From an uncultured Chloroflexia bacterium (lineage in GTDB: Bacteria > Chloroflexota > Anaerolineae > Anaerolineales > Anaerolineaceae), in the NCBI GenBank assembly GCA_963708715.1, contig CAVPSU010000001.1, positions 736,000 to 799,999 on the forward strand: a stretch of DNA of 64,000 nt. Reading direction: 5' to 3'. Each line of letters begins with the position of its first letter. Position 1 is the stretch's first letter. The translations under genes were made by a program, and so were the position numbers. Under the pieces are notes generated by a model that ran no database searches, was not told the DNA's origin, and worked only from the letters and a program-made list of their open reading frames with translations. Of the stretch, positions 8,348-17,830 are shown piece by piece.

Positions 8348-9095
8348 GTTTCTCCACAGTTAGAATTTCACCGCGCGACGGTTCCCCACAGTCCGAATCA
8401 TCTTGAACCGTGTAGGAGGTCTTAAACTGATTGGGAAATGAAACCGTCCACCACAGATATGCCCCATCCTGGCACACCCAGGCTTCGATGAAATAGCCAC
8501 GATCTTTATCCTTGGTCATGTTGACCTGCTTCCAGGTGATAGTCACCATATTTCCATCGCGAACAGCATTCACATTTTTGGGTGGTCCATATTGGTTGTA
8601 CCCGATTGTCTGTAGCTTGGGCTCGGTGAAATACAACAGCGTGACATCCCCGGTGACATCCACTACCGACGGCGAAACCCAGCAGAAGTAATTCAGCTTT
8701 TCGAATTTGATATATAACCAGTTACTATATTCGAAACGTCCACGAACAGTGCCCCTGTCCCCGGCATAGAGATCCGCCGCATGCAGATATGCCTTCGAAG
8801 GACCGTACCGGCAATGTGCTTGCATATTTACCTCTACCGCTGGAAAAGCATAGGTCGGGGTGTATGTGATCGTCGGGGTATTCGTGCTCGTAGACGTAAG
8901 GGAATTAGTCGGTGTAAGAGTCAGGGTTGGAGTGGCATTGGGGGTTGCTGTTGGTGTGGCTGAAGGGGTCGAAGTCGGGGAAGAGGTCCACTGCGCAGCC
9001 GTGGAGGTCTTCTGCTGCAAGACTTGCTCGGCGCTTGGAGCGCATGCAGAAAGTACAACCAGTAACAAAAACAGGATACTTCGCCTAAACCTCAT
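8310..9095 (-). CDS. secreted lipoprotein, paralog B (unknown family)
   Basis: Start chosen at MRFRRSILFLLLVVLSAC (lipobox LSAC). It has the same domain order as 7493-8347. Confidence 0.6.
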   Translation of the reverse strand: MRFRRSILFLLLVVLSACAPSAEQVLQQKTSTAAQWTSSPTSTPSATPTATPNATPTLTLTPTNSLTSTSTNTPTITYTPTYAFPAVEVNMQAHCRYGPSKAYLHAADLYAGDRGTVRGRFEYSNWLYIKFEKLNYFCWVSPSVVDVTGDVTLLYFTEPKLQTIGYNQYGPPKNVNAVRDGNMVTITWKQVNMTKDKDRGYFIEAWVCQDGAYLWWTVSFPNQFKTSYTVQDDSDCGEPSRGEILTVEKHGYSEPAKIPWP

Positions 9096-9205
9096 CAACA
9101 CGTCATTCATCCATCTGATTCTATCACCCATGCTTTTGAACTCCGATGGGTGTATCGGTCTGGAAAATTCTCTATCGCAATGGATATCTTCTTCCATCTC
9201 GGATT

Positions 9206-10838
9206 CTACTCAATTCGAATCCTGTCGCCATTAATTTCCCATAATAAAGTAGCAAATTGCTGAATAAAATAGCGATCATGCGTAACAACCAAAACGGTAC
9301 CTTCGAATGAAGATAATGCCTGTTCGAACCGATTTCGGGAGGGAATATCGAGGTGGTTAAGCGGTTCATCCAAAATTAGAAAATTGCAACCTGAGGCAGA
9401 CATCGCAGCCATCATTAACCGCGCCCTCTCACCATAAGAAAGTTGATTAATAGGGACAAACACAGCATCACCAGTAAACAGGTATTTATGCAGGAATGTT
9501 CGGGCGGCTGTCTCATTCTGTTTGCCTTGGCTCTGAATGAACTCAAGGGCATTCAAATGTAATGGAAGGCTGCTTTGATCTTGCTGCATGTAACCAGTTT
9601 TGACACGCGAACCCAGCTGGATTCGCCCATGCAGTGGGTCGATCTCACCCAGAATAGTGCGTATGAAACTGGTTTTCCCGCTGCCATTGGGTCCCAGCAG
9701 GCAGCAGCGAGGACCCGTATCGGAGGACCAGATCGATATTCCTGAGCAACACCTGCCCGGTATAACCCACAGATAGATTCTCGCATACCAACACATCTCT
9801 TCCTGATTCGGCTGGGTCTTTGAAGTTCAATCTCAATTGCCAACCTGTTTTCGGTTTTTCAATTCGATCTTCAGTCAGTAGTTTTTCCAGTTTATCTTCC
9901 AATTGGATCGCTCTTCCCAGAGTTGCCTTGCCACGATTCGCGAAAAAACCCCGTGCAAACTTGTCTCCCGAATCCGCTTTCCCACCACGCCGAAATGTAG
10001 CGATCCGGTGTAGATGAGCAGCCGCCGCACGGAGCTGATTAATCTCATCCAACTGATCCTGGTATGCTGACCGATGGCGTTCCTTTTCACGGACTTTTTC
10101 TTCCAGGTACTGCGAGAAATTACCTGAATATAACTTTGTCTTCCGGCTGGATGGATCCAACTCCAGGATCGCCGAACAAACACGATCTAAGAAGACCCGG
10201 TCATGGGAAACCATCAACACGGCGCCTGGGAATTCAAACAACCAATTCTCCAGCCATTCCAACATGGCAATATCAAGATGATTAGTTGGCTCATCGAGGA
10301 TCAGGAGGTCAGGCTGCAGGAAAAGGGTTCCTGCAAGCGCAAGACGGGTTTTCTGTCCTCCGCTGAGGTGATTGACCGGAAAATCAAAGGGGACACGATC
10401 CAGCCCAAGCCCCGATAGGATCTTCTTTAAGGTGGGTTCGAGATTGGATTTACGCTCGATCTGAATAAGAATGTGATTGTATTCCTCTTGAACCATGGGA
10501 TTGTTTGGTTGTATCGCCATCTCGTGGGATATATGGACGAGCCGGGCATCCAACCCGGTTTCAATCTCCGCAAGCTGGTCAAGATACTGTTCAACTGTGA
10601 CATCTTCCGGGTATGTATATCCCTGAGGTAGATAGGCTTTGATCAGATCCGTCGGTATGTACTGAAAAGTCCCCGAATCCGCTTTTTCTACTCCGATCAA
10701 TATACGCAGAAGGGTACTCTTTCCGCACCCGTTCGGTCCTACCAGACCGAATTTATCTCCATACTGCATGGAGAAAATTACTTCGTCGAGGATTGTATTC
10801 AATTGATACGATTTGGAGATCCGATTTACTGAAAGCAT
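9206..10838 (-). pseudogene. ABC-F family ATPase, two cassettes split by an apparent 1-nt frameshift near 9705-9725
   Basis: ORF 9645-10871 carries cassette 1 plus the linker and ends ...LLRNIDLVLRYG. ORF 9206-9796 continues in the +1 frame with ...LLGPNGSGKTS (Walker A of cassette 2), the signature motif and Walker B. Confidence 0.75.
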
Positions 10839-11017
10839 TGCCAACCTCTTCAAAAAACATAACCGGGGCAAATGCCCCCGGCCAGGATTAAATCCAAGTA
10901 CACCGAGATAACTACCCGATACCTGTGGATTAGAGGTTTTTGTCCATTGTTTCTACATGCTCCTTTGCGTTACAAACCAATTATATCAAGGAACCTGCAT
11001 CAAGCGCAATTAATAGA

Positions 11018-11049
11018 ATCAGTTCCCGCTCGAAGGAACGGGAACTGAT
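11018..11049 (-). terminator. stem-loop downstream of the decahaem cytochrome gene
   Basis: ATCAGTTCCCG-10 nt-CGGGAACTGAT. Confidence 0.5.
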
Positions 11050-11075
11050 ATTGACATCGAACCAGAGCAAAGTAC

Positions 11076-13220
11076 TTATTTCGGACGGGTCATTCCGGTG
11101 ACAGATCCACCGAGGTCTTTGATGCCGTCATAGAGGAACTGCATCACATACTTCGGATTGTGGATGTAGGCACCTGGATCCTTTACCACATAGTGGTAAT
11201 TGTAACCAGCCGCGAACAATTTAGGTGAGAAGAGGTTGTAAGCAATGTTGGCACCCTTGTCGTCCTTGTCCGGTTTTCCATCCGCGTCCTGATCGAGCAG
11301 GATGTATGGGCGAGCATTCGCATCGTAAACAAAGGGAGAACCAAGTTTTGTCGTGGCGTAGTTTTGCATCGCCGCTAACAATTTCTCTTTCATCGTCTCG
11401 ACTTCGCCGTAGATGCCTTCGGTGGTATCACCATCGCCATCATAGTCGGTCTTATCCATGCGGATCTTGGTAGGATCGTTCACCTGGTGGCATCCCGCGC
11501 ATGCATCCAGTTTGGGCTCCAGTGCATGAACATCATGGCAGCTGGAGCATGTCTGGAAGTTTTCAACATGCAGGAACTTACCCACATAGGTCTGACCAGG
11601 GTATTCATAGACGCCCTTTGCATCGGTTCCAAAGAGAGTGGAACCAGCCGCAAAGTAGTGGACATTGATGAATTTGAGTTTGTCAGAAGCAGTATCCGGA
11701 GCCATTCCATCGATGGCTTTTGTTACTGCTGAGCCGGATTGGCGTCCCTGGTGGCAGGTGATGCACAGGTTGTTCGGATCGCCTTCACCGAAAGTGACAG
11801 CTAATCCACTTGGGAAAGTGACCTCATTGAGTTTATAGAGACCAGGCCAGGCGGCTTCATCATGGCAGGTACTGCATGCGAAACCATTGCTGGTTGGCAC
11901 CATGATATTGGTTCCGTTCTCAATGAATTGCGGCATACCAGAAGCAGAGTGGCATTTGGCACAATCAGCTTCCACCTTGCCTTCTGCATCCCAGTGACGG
12001 AATGCTTCACTGTTACCAGCGAAGTGACCACTATCATCACGCGCCAATTTGGTCATATCGACCGGGGCAGCAAGTTTCGTGTTCAAATCTTCAATCGAGT
12101 CGAAGAGTAGTTGAACAATGTACTTGTTACCATGGGCATACGCGCCAGGATCCTTGACCGAAAGCTGGTAGTTATACGCCGCTTTCAACAATCGAGGAGT
12201 CCAGGATTTGTATGCGTTCGGGAAGACAGCTTCCGCTTCATCGGTCTTGCCATCGGCATTGGTGTCGATGAAGAAGTACGGATACACATCCCTGGTGTAG
12301 ACGATGGCTGATTTAGCCACATCTTTACCATACACCTGAAGCGCGCCGTAGAGGGCAGTCTGGAGACCTTCGATCTCGTAGAACATGCCTTCTTTGACGT
12401 CACCATCCCCATCATAATCGCGGAGAGAAGATGGCTCACGAACGTTCTTCAGATCTTCGACAGCCTTCACATCAGAGTGACAGCCAGTACATTCCTGAAC
12501 CTTGACTTCGAGAGAGTGAGAGTCATGGCAGGCTGTGCAGGTATCATAGCTTTCGACGTGATCATTCTTGGCGTCGTATGATTTGCCTTCATATTGATAG
12601 CCACCTTTTACCTCACCAGCATACATGGTAGCTGCTGCAGCAAAGTAGTGAATATTTGTGAAGGGTGCATCCGCGATAACCGTATCAGGTTCTTTATCTT
12701 TTGTGGCTTCATCCACCTGAACCATAGATGCCATACCCTGGTGACAGGTCATGCAGACTGCCTCTTCGCCGAGTCCCTTGATTTCAACACCAGAGGGGAA
12801 AACGACCGAGGTCAGCTTGGCAGTACCTTCATTATGGCAGGTATCACAGGTAAGGACGGTGCCGATGGCTGCAACTTTATCAACTGCCATCGCTGCGCTG
12901 CCATCCGCGCCAACAAAATCTTTGAAACCGTCACTGCTATGGCATTTGGCACAAGTCGGAGGTATCTCTTTTGGATCTTCCTCATTCCAGTGCGTGAATG
13001 CTGCAGCTTTTGAATCTGCATGCCCGGAGGCTTGCCAGACGGCGGCAAAGGGCGCCTTCACACCGGTGTCCGCCCCGGACTGAGCAGGCTGGGCTGGACA
13101 GGGTGTGGTCTCTGGGCACTTCTGCGGTTCTGCAGTGGCGGCTGGTGTTTGAGGCTGGCAAGCGACGACAATAAAAGCCAACCCAATTACCAAACCTACA
13201 ATGATCAATATTTTCTTCAT
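11076..13220 (-). CDS. decahaem c-type cytochrome lipoprotein (two tandem pentahaem modules)
   Basis: Ten CxxCH motifs: CAKCH, CDTCH, CMTCH, CTACH, CTGCH, CAKCH, CSTCH, CITCH, CSSCH, CAGCH. Signal peptide MKKILIIVGLVIGLAFIVVAC, with GGAGA RBS before the ATG at 13220. Confidence 0.85.
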   Translation of the reverse strand: MKKILIIVGLVIGLAFIVVACQPQTPAATAEPQKCPETTPCPAQPAQSGADTGVKAPFAAVWQASGHADSKAAAFTHWNEEDPKEIPPTCAKCHSSDGFKDFVGADGSAAMAVDKVAAIGTVLTCDTCHNEGTAKLTSVVFPSGVEIKGLGEEAVCMTCHQGMASMVQVDEATKDKEPDTVIADAPFTNIHYFAAAATMYAGEVKGGYQYEGKSYDAKNDHVESYDTCTACHDSHSLEVKVQECTGCHSDVKAVEDLKNVREPSSLRDYDGDGDVKEGMFYEIEGLQTALYGALQVYGKDVAKSAIVYTRDVYPYFFIDTNADGKTDEAEAVFPNAYKSWTPRLLKAAYNYQLSVKDPGAYAHGNKYIVQLLFDSIEDLNTKLAAPVDMTKLARDDSGHFAGNSEAFRHWDAEGKVEADCAKCHSASGMPQFIENGTNIMVPTSNGFACSTCHDEAAWPGLYKLNEVTFPSGLAVTFGEGDPNNLCITCHQGRQSGSAVTKAIDGMAPDTASDKLKFINVHYFAAGSTLFGTDAKGVYEYPGQTYVGKFLHVENFQTCSSCHDVHALEPKLDACAGCHQVNDPTKIRMDKTDYDGDGDTTEGIYGEVETMKEKLLAAMQNYATTKLGSPFVYDANARPYILLDQDADGKPDKDDKGANIAYNLFSPKLFAAGYNYHYVVKDPGAYIHNPKYVMQFLYDGIKDLGGSVTGMTRPK

Positions 13221-13538
13221 AGTTCGCATTCTCCTAGACATTTTTTGAAGTCTGGTCATCTCCGTAATTCTTAGAAACACCACCTCCTTAATTTGGAAAT
13301 AAAAAAAGACGAGGGAAATCTACTTCACTCACAATAGATTATAGCCAGAGGCATAGATTAATACAATATTAAAATCAGATGACAATTCTCTTAATTTTGA
13401 TATGCTTCCAGCAGGTAAATCGTCACTTAAGGACAATATTGGTCTAAATAAACCATTTTCTCTCACTTCAATTTAATCTCCATATGGCAAAATGACGCAA
13501 GGCATATCCTGCTTATTGTTATTGAATTTAAATCAATC

Positions 13539-14087
13539 ATGGAGAAAAACAGTATGAATTCGACGGATGCCCATGCCAAATCCGCACTCCCTTCAACAGG
13601 GGCGAAATGGAAGTTTATTGTAGGAGGATTACTGATCCTTGCTGCTGTCGTGTACCTCATCATCTCATCCACTCAGGCAAATGCACAGTATTTTTTAACT
13701 GTTGAGGAGTTAAACCAAAAAGCAGGGCAGATGGCTGGTCGCGAGATCCGTATCTCTGGCGCGGTGATCGGCGAATCAATTGTCTATGACCCTCAAACGC
13801 TCGATTTATCCTTCGAAGTTGTCCATATTCCTGCTGACAATAAGGAAATTGAAGCTCAGGGTGGACTAGCGAATGTGCTTCATGATGCGATCATGAATAC
13901 CAGCGCGCCCAGACTGAAAGTCGTCTATAACGGACCTCGACCTGACCTTCTTAAAAATGAAGCACAGGCAATTATGACGGGAACTCTTGATCCAAACGGT
14001 GTATTCCACGCTGAGGAATTATTATTAAAATGTCCCAGCCGCTATGAAGAAGCACTTCCCAGCCAATCAGAACAATCGAGCAATTAA
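13539..14087 (+). CDS. ccmE: cytochrome c maturation haem chaperone CcmE, Cys-type (CxxxY) variant
   Basis: N-terminal TM anchor and OB-fold-sized body. C-terminal LLLKCPSRYEE replaces the usual HxxxY haem-binding motif. Located in the ccm cluster. Confidence 0.8.
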   Translation: MEKNSMNSTDAHAKSALPSTGAKWKFIVGGLLILAAVVYLIISSTQANAQYFLTVEELNQKAGQMAGREIRISGAVIGESIVYDPQTLDLSFEVVHIPADNKEIEAQGGLANVLHDAIMNTSAPRLKVVYNGPRPDLLKNEAQAIMTGTLDPNGVFHAEELLLKCPSRYEEALPSQSEQSSN

Positions 14088-14192
14088 CCGGTATGATTTG
14101 TCCAGGCATCTTCTAACAATCATCGCACGGAATAAGCAGGGTTGCTTATTCCGTTTGCATTTATTGATAGTACTGGTCCTGACGGAGAGTGT

Positions 14193-16202
14193 ATGATAGT
14201 TCAATTTGGATATGGGGTTCTGGTTATTGCGCTAGCATTAACTGCCTATGCGGCGTTTGCTTCGATCTACGGTGGAGTAAAGAAAGATCGTCGGTTGGTA
14301 GATTCCTCCCGATTGGCGATGATCAGTATTTTCCCACTCATTACGATGGGTGTACTGACCTTGATCTATTTATTAGTCAAGGGCGATTATACCGTTTCGT
14401 ACGTATATTCTGTAACCAGCAACTCCATGCCGATCTATCTCCGAATAACTGCTTTGTGGGGTGGACAATCAGGATCCTTACTTTTTTGGAGTTGGTTGAT
14501 GGCTGCCTTTGCATTCGCAGTCAGTTTACGGAATTGGGATCGGGATCGCGAGTTCTTGCCCTGGGTTATTTTCGTTCCCGCGGTTACCCTCGGCTTTTTC
14601 TTGAGCATGGTCATCTTCATTGAAAATCCATTCGTGAGGTTTTGGGCAAGCGGAATGGGTCAGCAATTTGAATCCATGTTTCAACCGGCAGGGGCAGATC
14701 TCATCCTTCCTCCGGACGGGCGTGGTCTTAATCCACTATTACGACACCCGGGCATGATTATCCACCCTCCAATGCTCTATCTCGGATTTGTCTCATTCGT
14801 CATCCCCTTTGCCTTTGCTGTTGCTGCCCTGGTTACAGGTCGTACCGACGATCGCTGGATCCGTCTTACCCGCCGCTGGACTCTGGTTGCCTGGCTTTTC
14901 CTCACCATTGGATTGGTGCTTGGGATGCGTTGGGCGTACGATGTCCTCGGATGGGGTGGGTACTGGGGTTGGGATCCGGTAGAGATCGCCGCACTTATGC
15001 CCTGGCTTACCGGAACCGCATTGTTGCACTCGGTCATGATTCAGGAAAAACGGGGAATGTTCAAGCAATGGAATATGCTGCTCACCATCCTCACTTATGA
15101 TCTCGTCATCTACGGCACTTTCCTGACTCGCTCAGGTGTTTTATCTTCGGTACATGCGTTCGCTCAATCACCAGTCGGGCCTCTGTTTTTTGGGTTTATT
15201 GCCCTCACCCTCCTTGCGTCGGTTGGGTTGCTGATCTATAGGTGGAAAGACCTTAGAGCAGAAGCGTCCCTCAAATCGGTTCTTTCGCGAGAATCTCTCT
15301 TCCTTGTGAATAACCTGCTTTTTATGGGCATATTTATCGTTTGTTTCTGGGGTGTCAACTTCCCATTAATCTCTGAACTCGTCACCGGACAGAAAGTGAC
15401 TGTCGGACCGCCATTTTACATCAGGGCAACCGGTCCCCTCTGGGGAGGTATCCTGCTGTTGATGGGAATCGCCCCACTCTCTGCCTGGACAATCACATCC
15501 GCAAAAACGTTAGGTAGAACGATCTGGAAAGCCCTGGCGCTGTCCTTTGTGGTTCCTATCATACTGCTTGCCACTGGAATGCGCAGTTTTGCGGCCATTC
15601 TTGGATTTTGGTTGATCACTCTTGTCATTTTGGTCACATTATACGAATATGGGCGGAGTATACGCGCAAGAGCTCGCTCGTCGCGTGAAAATATATTGCA
15701 GGCTATCTGGAATCTTACCAGCCGTAACCGCCGAAGGTATGGTGGATATATCATCCACCTGGGTATCGTCTTCATGGGATTGGGTATTATTGGCATAGAG
15801 GCATTTCAGACCCAAACTCAGGGAACCCTATCACCCGGGCAGGAATTGAGGGTCGGCGACTATGCAGTTACGTATAAAGGATTAGCTGAATTTGACGCCT
15901 CTGATGGACGAAATGTTGCCAGAGCTGTCCTATCTGTCAATAAAAATGGTACAGATTTAGGAGAACTTTACCCACGCCGTGATTTCTTCTATGATGCTCA
16001 ACAAACCATGACCATTCCAGGTGTTCGCAGCACGATGGAAGATGATCTCTATGTCATCCTGGTAGATTGGCAACCAATCTCGACCCGAATGGCTACCTTT
16101 AAGGTGTACCATAATCCATTAGTGAACTGGTTATGGCTCGGCAGCCTTGTATTGATTTTCGGCTCACTTATCGCCGTATGGCCTACGCCCGAAAAAGATT
16201 AA
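14193..16202 (+). CDS. ccmF: cytochrome c haem lyase subunit CcmF
   Basis: Polytopic protein of about 670 aa with the WWD motif WGGYWGWDPVE. ATG at 14193 follows a GGAGAG RBS. Confidence 0.85.
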   Translation: MIVQFGYGVLVIALALTAYAAFASIYGGVKKDRRLVDSSRLAMISIFPLITMGVLTLIYLLVKGDYTVSYVYSVTSNSMPIYLRITALWGGQSGSLLFWSWLMAAFAFAVSLRNWDRDREFLPWVIFVPAVTLGFFLSMVIFIENPFVRFWASGMGQQFESMFQPAGADLILPPDGRGLNPLLRHPGMIIHPPMLYLGFVSFVIPFAFAVAALVTGRTDDRWIRLTRRWTLVAWLFLTIGLVLGMRWAYDVLGWGGYWGWDPVEIAALMPWLTGTALLHSVMIQEKRGMFKQWNMLLTILTYDLVIYGTFLTRSGVLSSVHAFAQSPVGPLFFGFIALTLLASVGLLIYRWKDLRAEASLKSVLSRESLFLVNNLLFMGIFIVCFWGVNFPLISELVTGQKVTVGPPFYIRATGPLWGGILLLMGIAPLSAWTITSAKTLGRTIWKALALSFVVPIILLATGMRSFAAILGFWLITLVILVTLYEYGRSIRARARSSRENILQAIWNLTSRNRRRYGGYIIHLGIVFMGLGIIGIEAFQTQTQGTLSPGQELRVGDYAVTYKGLAEFDASDGRNVARAVLSVNKNGTDLGELYPRRDFFYDAQQTMTIPGVRSTMEDDLYVILVDWQPISTRMATFKVYHNPLVNWLWLGSLVLIFGSLIAVWPTPEKD

Positions 16203-16232
16203 CGGTCAAACTAGCATGGAACGAGGAAATGT

Positions 16233-16724
16233 ATGAGAAGGAAATGGTATTGGCTTGCCTTTCTTACTGCCATGGTATTGGCGGGAATTTCCATCTCCCA
16301 GGCTGCCGCGCAGGAAAAAACGCCAATCACTGACGACCAGGTGAATGAAGTTGCCCGGCAACTTTATTGCCCGGTGTGTGAGAACACCCCTTTGGACGTT
16401 TGCCCAACCACTGCTTGCGCCCAATGGCGCGCCCTCATCCGCGAGAAACTGGAATTGGGTTGGTCGAATGATCAGATTAATACCTATTTTGTGACCCAGT
16501 ACGGTGACCGAGTATTATCAGAACCTCCCCGCCGAGGATTAAATTGGTTGGTTTACGTGCTTCCTCCCGTAGTAATCCTTATTGCTGCTTTATTCCTCGT
16601 TTTTATGATCCGGAGAATGAAAATGACTGCACAAAGCAATAAAGTGCATACCGTTCAACCAATCTTGCCCGATGACGAATATCTGGCACAAATTGAAAAA
16701 GAAATCCATTTGCGAGAAAAATAA
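16233..16724 (+). CDS. ccmH: CcmH/NrfF-family cytochrome c maturation protein
   Basis: Signal peptide, LYCPVCEN redox motif, then a C-terminal TM helix. Confidence 0.75.
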   Translation: MRRKWYWLAFLTAMVLAGISISQAAAQEKTPITDDQVNEVARQLYCPVCENTPLDVCPTTACAQWRALIREKLELGWSNDQINTYFVTQYGDRVLSEPPRRGLNWLVYVLPPVVILIAALFLVFMIRRMKMTAQSNKVHTVQPILPDDEYLAQIEKEIHLREK

Positions 16725-16727
16725 CGA

Positions 16728-17303
16728 ATGAATAATCCCATCCCAGACGATCGATCCGAGATAAGCCCACCTCGCAGACAATTGCCAATCGCAGCGATGG
16801 TTCTGGCTGCAATTGTTCTCGGTGGTTTTTTATTATTCCTCTATTTTGGTTTACAACGGACATATCAGGGTCCGGTCAGGGTAAGCGAACCGGTCAAGCC
16901 ATTCGCAATTAAGACCTTTGATGGTGAGGTTATCAATACGTCCGAACAGGCGGGAAAAGTTATCCTTGTTAATTTTTGGGCTTCCTGGTGTAAACCATGT
17001 GAAAGTGAAGCAGGATTTCTACAAAAAGCATGGGAATACTACCAACCCGGTGGAGAAGTCCTCTTTCTGGGTGTGGATTATGTGGATACTGAACCAGAAG
17101 CAAAAGCATCCCTGGAGAAATTTGGTATCACTTTCCCAAATGGTCCTGACCTGGGTACACGTATCTCTCAAGAATTCCGTATTCGCGGAGTGCCAGAAAC
17201 ATATATCGTAAAAAAAGATGGAACCCTTGGTTATATTCAAATAGGTCCATTTAGTTCTCTCAAAGATATCCAGGACAAGATAGACCCACTTCTTAATGAG
17301 TAA
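16728..17303 (+). CDS. ccmG: membrane-anchored thiol:disulfide oxidoreductase (CcmG/DsbE/TlpA family)
   Basis: TM anchor plus a thioredoxin fold with WASWCKPC. Confidence 0.75.
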   Translation: MNNPIPDDRSEISPPRRQLPIAAMVLAAIVLGGFLLFLYFGLQRTYQGPVRVSEPVKPFAIKTFDGEVINTSEQAGKVILVNFWASWCKPCESEAGFLQKAWEYYQPGGEVLFLGVDYVDTEPEAKASLEKFGITFPNGPDLGTRISQEFRIRGVPETYIVKKDGTLGYIQIGPFSSLKDIQDKIDPLLNE

Positions 17304-17320
17304 AGCGAGATAGGAGCAAC

Positions 17321-17827
17321 ATGGAAATTGAAGCCATCCTATTGTTATCTGCGGTCATGCTGATCGTGTTCGCGGTGATCATCCGCCCATGGATGCCTGT
17401 ACAGAATAATTCAGGAAAAAACCGAACATCACGACCATCGACAAACCAACAATTTTCGGTATGGCTTGCCGAAAAAGAACGATTATTGAATATGATCCAG
17501 GAATTGGATTTCGACCACGAGACAGGGAAGATACCGGACGACCTATTCAATGAACAACGATCGGATTTGGTGCAATCTGCTGCAAATGTTTTGAGACAAC
17601 TTGCGGAAAACGGATATATTGAGACAAACCACTCAAAGCGAATCGTCGAGGATATTTCCAAACCTGCAAGTACCCATGAGTATGATGATTTGGATGAATT
17701 GATCGCAAAGCGCAGGCTGGAAAAAAATGGGAAGGCGACCGGTTTTTGCCCTAAATGCGGAAACCCGCTTCAAGTCAGTGATCGATTTTGCCCCAAGTGC
17801 GGAACGACGATTTATGCTGCAAACTAA
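17321..17827 (+). CDS. membrane-anchored protein with C-terminal double zinc ribbon
   Basis: N-terminal TM helix, a helical segment LLNMIQELDFDHETGKIPDDLFNEQRSDL, then C-terminal FCPKCGNPL...FCPKCG. Confidence 0.6.
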   Translation: MEIEAILLLSAVMLIVFAVIIRPWMPVQNNSGKNRTSRPSTNQQFSVWLAEKERLLNMIQELDFDHETGKIPDDLFNEQRSDLVQSAANVLRQLAENGYIETNHSKRIVEDISKPASTHEYDDLDELIAKRRLEKNGKATGFCPKCGNPLQVSDRFCPKCGTTIYAAN

Positions 17828-17830
17828 TCC

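Noticed and set aside
11225-13274. Numerous 66-139 aa ORFs on the plus strand inside the decahaem cytochrome gene, and similar antisense ORFs inside ccmF, polA, dnaA, ftsK and other genes.
   Set aside because: They are antisense to, or out of frame with, strongly supported genes. They lack motifs and are the expected shadow ORFs in mid-to-high GC coding DNA.
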